Assembly: GCA_012797735.1 (NCBI GenBank)
Contig: JAAZOP010000066.1
Span: forward strand, 1-46,418
Reading direction: 5' to 3'
Source of the DNA: Myxococcales bacterium
Lineage (GTDB): Bacteria > Myxococcota_A > Polyangia > DRWM01 > JAAZOP01
DNA: 46,418 nt
Part shown: in pieces, positions 9,682-16,500 of the stretch
Position numbering within the stretch: position 1 is the stretch's first letter
Layout: the number at the start of each line of letters is the position of its first letter
Notes under the pieces: generated by a model
Seen by the model: only the letters and a program-made list of their open reading frames with translations
Told to the model about the DNA's origin: nothing
The model's database searches: none
Made by a program: the position numbers and the translations under genes

Positions 9682-11019
9682 GTGCGCGAGCCGAACCGAG
9701 ACCAGACCGACGGGGTGGAACAGCGTCATCGCGCCGCCCGCGAGGCGATGGATCGCATCCCCCACAAGCTGCTCGTGATGAGCGGCAAGGGCGGGGTGGG
9801 CAAGACCACCATTGCCGTCAACCTCGGCTTCGCGCTGGCTCGCCAGGGGCTTCGCGTCGGGATCCTCGACACCGACCTCCACGGTCCCGACGTGGCGTTC
9901 ATGGCCGGCGTCGAGGGGCATCCGGCCTCCGCCGAGGAGGGGCGGCTGCAGCCGATCGACGCCGGCGTCGAGGGCCTCGCTGTGCGGGTGCTGTCGATCT
10001 CGGCCTTTCTGCCCAGCCGGGACGCTCCGGTGATCTGGCGCGGTCCCCGCAAGGCAGGCGCCATCGCCCAGCTGCTCGGCGAGGCCGACTGGGCCGGCAC
10101 CGACGTGTTGATCCTCGATTGTCCGCCGGGCACGGGCGACGAGCCGCTGTCGGTGGCGCAGCTCGTCCCCGGCGCCGACGCCGTCGTCGTCACCTCGCCC
10201 CAGGACGTCGCCCTGCTCGACTCGCGCAAGTGCGTCAACTTCGCCCGCGAGCTCGACCTGCGCCTGCTCGGCATCGTCGAGAACCTCGCCGGGTTCGTCT
10301 GCCCCGGCTGCGGCCGACGCGTGGATCTCTTCAAGGTCGGCGGCGGCGAGCGGGCCGCGGCCGAGATGGGGGTGCCGTTCCTCGGACGGATCCCGATCAC
10401 CGAGGCGATGGTCCGGTCGGGGGACGAGGGCCGACCGTTGGTCATCGGGCGGCCCGACGACCCGGCCGCCGTCGCGTTGCTCGCTCTGGCCGCCGCGGTG
10501 CGGCGGCGCTGGAACTCGCCGGACGCTCCGGGTCGGGCGCCGGGTGGTTCCGAGGAGGAATCCGTGCAGGAATCCGTGCAGGGAACCGGAAAGGGCATCC
10601 GGAGGATCGCGGTCGCCTGCGAGGACGACCGGGGACTCGACGGGCAGGTCAGCGGCCACTTCGGCCGTTGTCCGGCCTACACCGTCGTCGAGGTCCAGGA
10701 CGGCCGGATCAAGGGCGCGCGCGTCGAGGCGAACCCGCACTTCCACAACCACCAGCCCGGCGCGATGCCCGTCTTCGTCCGTGGCCTGGGCGCGGACGTG
10801 GTCATCGCCGGCGGTATGGGCCCGCGCGCGATCGACATGTTCGGCGAATACGGCATCGAGGTCGTGACCGGCGCGGTCGGCAACGTGCGTCGCGTGGTGG
10901 AAGCCTACTTGCGCGGTGAACAGAAGGGCATCGTGCCCTGCGCGCACGACCACCCCGACTCGTGCGGCGGGGACCACGGGCACGCCGGCACGGGGGGCGG
11001 GCCCGGGAGGCACCGGTGA
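9682..11019 (+). CDS. Mrp/NBP35 (ApbC-like) Fe-S cluster carrier ATPase fused to a C-terminal NifX/NifB-like domain
   Basis: GTG 9682 follows GGAAGAGAGGGAAT (ATG 9748 is an alternative). Deviant Walker A SGKGGVGKT, DCPPGTGD and the cluster-ligand motif FVCPGCG. After a low-complexity linker: GHFGRCPAYTVVEV...VVIAGGMGPRAIDMF (NifX-like). His/Cys-rich tail CAHDHPDSCGGDHGH. Confidence 0.85.
   Translation: MREPNRDQTDGVEQRHRAAREAMDRIPHKLLVMSGKGGVGKTTIAVNLGFALARQGLRVGILDTDLHGPDVAFMAGVEGHPASAEEGRLQPIDAGVEGLAVRVLSISAFLPSRDAPVIWRGPRKAGAIAQLLGEADWAGTDVLILDCPPGTGDEPLSVAQLVPGADAVVVTSPQDVALLDSRKCVNFARELDLRLLGIVENLAGFVCPGCGRRVDLFKVGGGERAAAEMGVPFLGRIPITEAMVRSGDEGRPLVIGRPDDPAAVALLALAAAVRRRWNSPDAPGRAPGGSEEESVQESVQGTGKGIRRIAVACEDDRGLDGQVSGHFGRCPAYTVVEVQDGRIKGARVEANPHFHNHQPGAMPVFVRGLGADVVIAGGMGPRAIDMFGEYGIEVVTGAVGNVRRVVEAYLRGEQKGIVPCAHDHPDSCGGDHGHAGTGGGPGRHR
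10558..10581 (+). repeat. perfect 2 x 12-nt tandem duplication (GAATCCGTGCAG) in the interdomain linker
   Basis: Read directly: gaatccgtgcag gaatccgtgcag, encoding ESVQESVQ between the Mrp and NifX-like domains. Confidence 0.9.
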
Positions 11020-11375
11020 GCGGCCGTCTGGCGTTGCCCGTGCGCGACGGCGAAGGGCTCCAGGCGCGGCTCGATGCCCACTTCGGACGCGCGCCGGCCT
11101 TCGTCGTCGTCGACCCGGACGGCACGGAGCCGCCGCGGCGGCTGGTCAACGACGGCGCGCAGGCGGAGCACGGCGCGGGGATCGGGGCGGCGGCCCTGCT
11201 GCTCCGCCACGGCGTCACGGCCGTCGCCGCCGAGCGTTTCGGTCCCAAGGCCGAGCAGGCGTTGCGGGCCGGCGGCGTCGCGTTGTTCCTCGCCCCCGGC
11301 GGCTTGACGGTGGCCGAGGTCCTGGAACGCTTCCGCGCCGGAACGTTGGCGCGCCACGAACGCAAGGTCTACTGA
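11016..11375 (+). CDS. NifX/NifB-C-terminal-type family protein
   Basis: GTG at 11016 overlaps the upstream stop (GTGA). LALPVRDGEGLQARLDAHFGRAPAFVVVD...GIGAAALLLRHGVTAVAAERFGPKA is the typical HFG-containing NifX-like layout. Confidence 0.75.
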   Translation: MSGRLALPVRDGEGLQARLDAHFGRAPAFVVVDPDGTEPPRRLVNDGAQAEHGAGIGAAALLLRHGVTAVAAERFGPKAEQALRAGGVALFLAPGGLTVAEVLERFRAGTLARHERKVY

Positions 11376-12235
11376 TGCACCTGGTCGTCGCCAGCGGCAA
11401 GGGGGGCACCGGGAAGACCCTCGTCTCGACCCACCTCGCCTGGCTGGCCGCCGGGCGGGGGCTCGAGACGGTCTACGTCGACGCCGATGTCGAGGCGCCC
11501 AACGGCCATCTCTTCCTGGCGCCCGCGGTGGAGCGCGAGGAGCGGCACGCCCTGCCGCTGCCCGTGCTCCCCGCGGGCCGGTGCGTCGCCTGCGGCGCCT
11601 GCCAGGACTTCTGCCCGTACCACGCGATCCTCGTCCTGCCGGGCACGGTGCTGGTCTTCCCCGAGCTGTGCCACAGCTGCGGCGGCTGCGTGCGCGTCTG
11701 CCCTTCGGCCGCGCTCTCGGAGGCGCCGCACGAGGACGGCACGCTGCGGGCGGGACGGGCGGGGCCGCTCCGTTTCCTCGACGGTCGCCTGGACGTCGGC
11801 GAGCCGCGAGCGGCGCCGCTGATCCGCGAGGTGCTGCGTCGAATCCCCTCGGGCGTCTTCGCCGTCGTCGACGCCCCTCCCGGAGCGTCGTGCGCCACGG
11901 CCGCGGCCCTGTCCGGGGCGGACCGCGCGTTGCTGGTGACCGAGCCGACGCCGTTCGGCCTGCACGACCTGCGGTCCGCGCTCCGGCTCTGCCGATCCGC
12001 CGAGGTGCCCGCCGCGGTCGTGCTCAACCGCGCCGACCTCGGCGACGACCGGCCCCTGCGGGAGTTCCTCGATGCCGAGCGGGTGCCGCTCCTGGCCGCC
12101 TGGCGCTACGACCCGGACGTGGCGGCGGCGGTCGCCCGGGGCGAGCTGGCGGCGCGGCGCGTGTCGTGGCTGCGCGAGGCCGCGGAGCGTCTGCTCGACG
12201 TCTGCCTCGCGCCGGCGGAGGTCGCCCGGCCATGA
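11375..12235 (+). CDS. MinD/ParA-superfamily P-loop ATPase with inserted 2x[4Fe-4S] ferredoxin domain
   Basis: ATG overlaps the upstream stop (TGATG). ASGKGGTGKT P-loop. CVACGACQDFCP and CHSCGGCVRVCP (two CxxCxxCxxxCP motifs). DAPPGASC switch region. Confidence 0.85.
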   Translation: MHLVVASGKGGTGKTLVSTHLAWLAAGRGLETVYVDADVEAPNGHLFLAPAVEREERHALPLPVLPAGRCVACGACQDFCPYHAILVLPGTVLVFPELCHSCGGCVRVCPSAALSEAPHEDGTLRAGRAGPLRFLDGRLDVGEPRAAPLIREVLRRIPSGVFAVVDAPPGASCATAAALSGADRALLVTEPTPFGLHDLRSALRLCRSAEVPAAVVLNRADLGDDRPLREFLDAERVPLLAAWRYDPDVAAAVARGELAARRVSWLREAAERLLDVCLAPAEVARP

Positions 12236-13140
12236 AACAGGTCGTCGTCGCCAGCGGCAAGGGCGGCACCGGCAAGACCTCGTTGGTCGCCGCCTTCGCC
12301 GAGCTCGCCGGCCGGCCCGTCGTGCTGGTCGACGCGGACGTCGATGCCGCGAACCTCGCGTTGCTGCTCCCCGGGGAGGACGCGCCGGCGCGCGAATTCG
12401 AAGCCGGTCGCCTCGCCAGGATCGATGCCGTGCGGTGCACGTTGTGCAAGCGGTGCGTCGAGGCGTGCCGTTTCGACGCGCTCCGCCTCGTCGAGCGGCG
12501 GCTCGTGTTGCGGGAGATCGCCTGCGAGGGATGCGGCGTGTGCGCCGTCGTCTGTCCCGAGGACGCCGTGTCGTTCGAGCCGCAGCGGGCGGGCGAGTGG
12601 ACCGTGCGCGAGACCCGGTTCGGCCCGCTGGTCCATGCCGCGCTGACTCCCGGGGCCGGCAACTCCGGCAAGCTGGTGGCTCGCCTGCGGGAGGCGGCCC
12701 GCGGGCTGGCCGAGCGGCTGGCGGCGCGATGGCTGGTGATCGATGGGCCGCCCGGCATCGGCTGTCCGGTTCATGCGTCGGTCGCCGGCGCCGACCTGCT
12801 CGTCGCCGTCACCGAGCCGACGCCTTCGGCGCTGCACGACCTGGGGCGACTCCTCGAGTTGGCCGGGCACTTTCGGTTGCCCGCCGCCGTCGTCCTCAAC
12901 AAGGCCGACCTCGATCCCGCCGGCACCGAGCTCGTGGCGGCGGCGGCGGCGGCCCGCGGCGCCGAACTGCTGGGCCGCGTGCCGTTCGATCCCGACGTGC
13001 CGCGCCGTCTCGCCGCCGGTCAGGGCCTGCTCGCGGTTCCCGGCGTTCGCGACGCCGTCGTTGCCTGCTGGCGTGCCGTGGTCCGGCGCCTGGACGCGCC
13101 AGGGGACGGAGCGGAGGAACGACAGGATGCCATTGTATGA
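12232..13140 (+). CDS. MinD/ParA-superfamily P-loop ATPase with inserted 2x[4Fe-4S] ferredoxin domain (paralogue)
   Basis: ATG overlaps the upstream stop (ATGA). ASGKGGTGKT, CTLCKRCVEACRF, CEGCGVCAVVCP, DGPPGIGCP. Confidence 0.85.
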   Translation: MKQVVVASGKGGTGKTSLVAAFAELAGRPVVLVDADVDAANLALLLPGEDAPAREFEAGRLARIDAVRCTLCKRCVEACRFDALRLVERRLVLREIACEGCGVCAVVCPEDAVSFEPQRAGEWTVRETRFGPLVHAALTPGAGNSGKLVARLREAARGLAERLAARWLVIDGPPGIGCPVHASVAGADLLVAVTEPTPSALHDLGRLLELAGHFRLPAAVVLNKADLDPAGTELVAAAAAARGAELLGRVPFDPDVPRRLAAGQGLLAVPGVRDAVVACWRAVVRRLDAPGDGAEERQDAIV

Positions 13141-13372
13141 TTTCGCCTGCACGCGCTGTGGACGAACGATGGAGGACCTGCGCAAGCCGGACGAGGCCGG
13201 GACGCCGGCCTGCCCGCACTGCGGCGCGCCGACGGTTCGGCTGCCGAGCGTCCCCGCGCCGCCGTCCTGCGGCACGGCGCGCCGCGCGGCAAGCCGCACG
13301 TGTTGCGGCCGCGAGGAGCGTTGTGACCGGCCTCCCTGCGGGGAGGGCGGCGCGTGCGGGTCGCGGCGTTGA
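13127..13372 (+). CDS. FmdB-family CxxC/CxxC zinc-ribbon protein with Cys-rich tail
   Basis: ATG 13127 overlaps the end of the preceding gene by 14 nt. MPLYDFACTRCG...CPHCG is the FmdB-type zinc-ribbon signature. Tail: TCCGREERCDRPPCGEGGAC. Confidence 0.7.
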   Translation: MPLYDFACTRCGRTMEDLRKPDEAGTPACPHCGAPTVRLPSVPAPPSCGTARRAASRTCCGREERCDRPPCGEGGACGSRR

Positions 13373-13380
13373 ACCGGGCG

Positions 13381-13402
13381 CCCGACGCCGGTGGCCGTCG
13401 GG
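13381..13402 (+). terminator. possible stem-loop after the operon (CCCGACG-N8-CGTCGGG-TT)
   Basis: 7-bp GC-rich inverted repeat starting 9 nt after the stop at 13372, followed only by TT. No real U-tract, and GC-rich palindromes are common in this DNA. Confidence 0.25.
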
Positions 13403-13514
13403 TTCCGGCGGCGGCGCCTCGTCGTTCGCCGCGCGGTCCCGTCGGAGTCGAGCCCGCCCGCCCCGCGGCTTGCGCCGTTGACAGCCTTCCCCGTCGCGAC
13501 CGACACTCCCCGCC

Positions 13515-16500
13515 ATGCCGAACACCGCATGGAGCCGCACCCTGTCGCCGTTGGTGGTCGCATCGTTGGTCGCGCTCGCCGCCGCCGCGGCCGCCGACCC
13601 GGTGCTGGTCGAGTTCCGCTCGCCGGACGGCACGCCGCTCGTCGCCGCCGGGGACGCCGCCGTCCCGTGGGGCCGCTCGGCGCACGAGGCGACGCGCAAG
13701 CAGGTGGAGGCCCGGGCGGAGGCGATCGCGACCGCCCGCGCGGCGCTGCTCGACTCGCTGGACGCCGATCTGCGGGCGCGCGCCCGCGGCGGCTACCGCC
13801 ACATCCCGCTCGTCCGGATGGACCTGACGGCGGAGCAGCAGGCGGCGGTGGCGCTCCACCCGCTGGTCGCCGGGGTCTACCCGGACCGGCTGCGCCGCCC
13901 GCGGCTCGAATCGTCGCTCGCCTACCTCGGCGCCGAACGCTGGCACGCGGCCGGCGACGACGGCTCCGGCACCGCGGTCGCGGTGCTCGACACCGGCATC
14001 CGCTACTGGAACGGCTACTTCGGCGCGTGCGATGCGCCGGGCGACGAAGGGTGCCGGGTGAAGGTGTTCGAGGGGTTCGCGACGTTGACCTTCGGCTCGG
14101 GCACCACCGATCCGTACGAGGTGGCGGAAGCCGAGCCGCACGGGACGAACGTCGGCGGGATTGTCGGCGGGGTGGCGCCCGGCACCGACCTGCTCAGCCT
14201 CGGCGTGTTCGCGGTCTATGACCCCGACCCCGAAACCGGATTCAGCGGCGGCGCGGCGTCGTCCGACGGGGACGTGGTCGAGGCGCTGGACTGGTGCATC
14301 GAGCACCAGGTCGAGTACCGGATCGTCGCCGCGAACATGTCGCTCGGGTCGGAGCCGGACCCGGACCTGCACGGGTACTGCACCGGCTGGATGGCGGGCT
14401 CGTACCTGTCGGCCTTCGCCAACACCCGCGCCGCCGGCATCCTTCCCGTCGTCGCCTCGGGGAACGAGTACGTGAAGACGGCGGTGGCGGCGCCGTCCTG
14501 CGTCGCGGCCGCCGTGCGGGTGGGCGCCGGCTACGACGATCCGGCCTTCGGCTACACGTGCGGCACCGGCCCCGTGGTGCCCGGCGCCGTCCTCTGCTTC
14601 TCGAACTCCAGCGCGCTGATCGATTTCATCGCCCCCGGCAACGACATCGATGCCGCGGGCCTGCTGGGCTACTCCGGCACCTCGATGGCCGCACCCCACG
14701 TCGCCGGTCTCGCCGCCGCCTACCAGGCCCGATACGGCACCGACCCGCTGTGGACGCTCGAACGGATGCGGGTCGACGCCGTGCCGGTCCCGGAGGCGTT
14801 CGTCGACCAGCCGTACATCCATCGCTACATCCGGATGGGCGACCACGACGCGGTGCTGCGGTTCGACACCGGCGCCGTGCTCGCCTCGGACTTCGACGGC
14901 CTGCCGATCCCCGACGGCGACCCGGCCGGGTTGTCCGTCTCGACCGAGGTGACGTGCGCGTCCGACGACTGCGTCTCGGGGGTCGTCGGCGCCGTGTACC
15001 TCGACCTGAACGTCGAGCACACCGCGACGGGGGAACTGGCCTTCGAGCTCGAGGCGCCCGACGGCACCACGGTACGGCACGAGGTGGTCGACGACGCGGA
15101 GCTGGGCCGGTACAACGTCAACTCGATCCTCGGCAGCCAGCACCTGCCGAACGCGTTCGACGCGCTGCGCGGCGTGCCGCTCGAGGGCACCTGGACGCTG
15201 CGCGTGATCGACGACACCGCGGGCACGGAGGACGGCGCGTTGTACCGCGCGGCGCTGCTGATCGATTCCGCGCGCGTCCGGCTGGAGGGCGCGATCGAGG
15301 GCCCGCGCATCGCGCGGCCGGGTGAACCGTTCTCCGTGGCGCTGGCGTTCGAGAATACCGGCAACCTCGAGATCACGGACGCGCCCGTCGAGGCGCGGCT
15401 CGTGCGGGCCGACACCGGCGCGGTGGTCGATGCCGCGCCGCTGGCCCTGCCCGTGCCGCTCGCCCCCGGCGCGACGTGGTCCGGAAGCGCCGAGCTGGCC
15501 GGGGACGACGAGGGGCGGTACGAGGTGCGGCTGGTCACGGGCGGTCTCACGCCCGACCTGCGGCCCGGCCTGGTCGCCGAGCCGTTCGAGTTGGCGGTGA
15601 CGCAGCGCACCTTCGCCTCGTTCGGGACCGATCCGCGGGTGCCCGAGCCGGAGCAGAACGCGCAACTCGTCAACTGGAGCGTGGGCCTGATCGACAGCTA
15701 TGCCTGGGACTTCGGCGACGGCACGACGTCCACGGAGGCCCGGCCGACGCATGCCTGGGCGGCCGAGGGGGAGTACGAGGTCCGGCTGACGGTGACCGGC
15801 CCCGACGGGACATCGACCGCCGCCCGGACCGTCCACGTCCGGGAGATCCTCGACCCGCTGCTGCTCGCCGAGGGCGGCGGGTGCGGCTGCGCGGTGCCCG
15901 GGTCGTCCGCCCGGGGGACGACCGCGGGTCTGCTGCTGCTCCTGGCGGGCGCGCTGGCGCTGCGCCGCCGGCGCCGCGCCTCCCTGTGGTCGCCGCTCGT
16001 CGCGGTCGCCGTCGGTCTCCTGGCCGCGGGCTGCGACGAGATCCGGCCGCGCGACTTCGACGCGGGCGTCGACGACAGCGGCCTCTACCCGTCGGGCCCC
16101 TGGATCTCGCTGCTCGGACCGGCCGATCCGACCCAGGGCGACGTGACGCTCCACCTGCGGCTGGGGCACGAGGGTTCGCGGCCGTGCGACCTGACGGTCG
16201 AGTACCGGGTCGGGGAGGGGGCCTGGCGACCCGCGACGCTCGACCCGTCGTCCGTCACGACAGGGTTGGCGTCCTCGCCCGAGGCGGGGACGGAGCACGC
16301 GCTCCTGTGGCGCTCCACGACCGACCTGCCCGGCGACACGCCCGGCGTCCGCGTGCGGGTGTCGGCCACGGACGGCGAGCGGGAGGCGGTCCCGGCGGTC
16401 ACCGAGCCGTTCCTGCTGCTCAACTTCTTCGTCACGCACCCGAAGCCCGTGCGGATCACCGAGGTGTCGGTCGCCGACAAGGACGCCGATTCGGGCGAGG

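Noticed and set aside
7498-11013. Very long ORFs in the track with Arg/Pro/Gly/Ala-dominated translations. Examples: 798..3041(-), 7498..11013(-), 13020..17342(-), 18057..20516(-), 33801..36911(-), 38948..42004(-), 41046..44966(-), 854..3289(+), 41414..45382(+).
   Set aside because: They lie antisense to, or out of frame with, genes that have clear family motifs. Stop codons are rare in all frames at this GC content. Their translations are low-complexity with no recognisable motifs.
9245-13372. Interpreting the NifX-like/MinD-ferredoxin genes as a nitrogen-fixation (nif) cluster.
   Set aside because: No nifH, nifD, nifK, nifE, nifN or radical-SAM NifB core is present in the window. The NifX-like fold alone does not imply diazotrophy.
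13479-13484. TTGACA hexamer upstream of the 1487-aa ORF (and another at about 4303-4308), considered as -35 promoter elements.
   Set aside because: No acceptable -10 hexamer lies at 16-19 nt spacing in either case, so an isolated -35 match is not enough.
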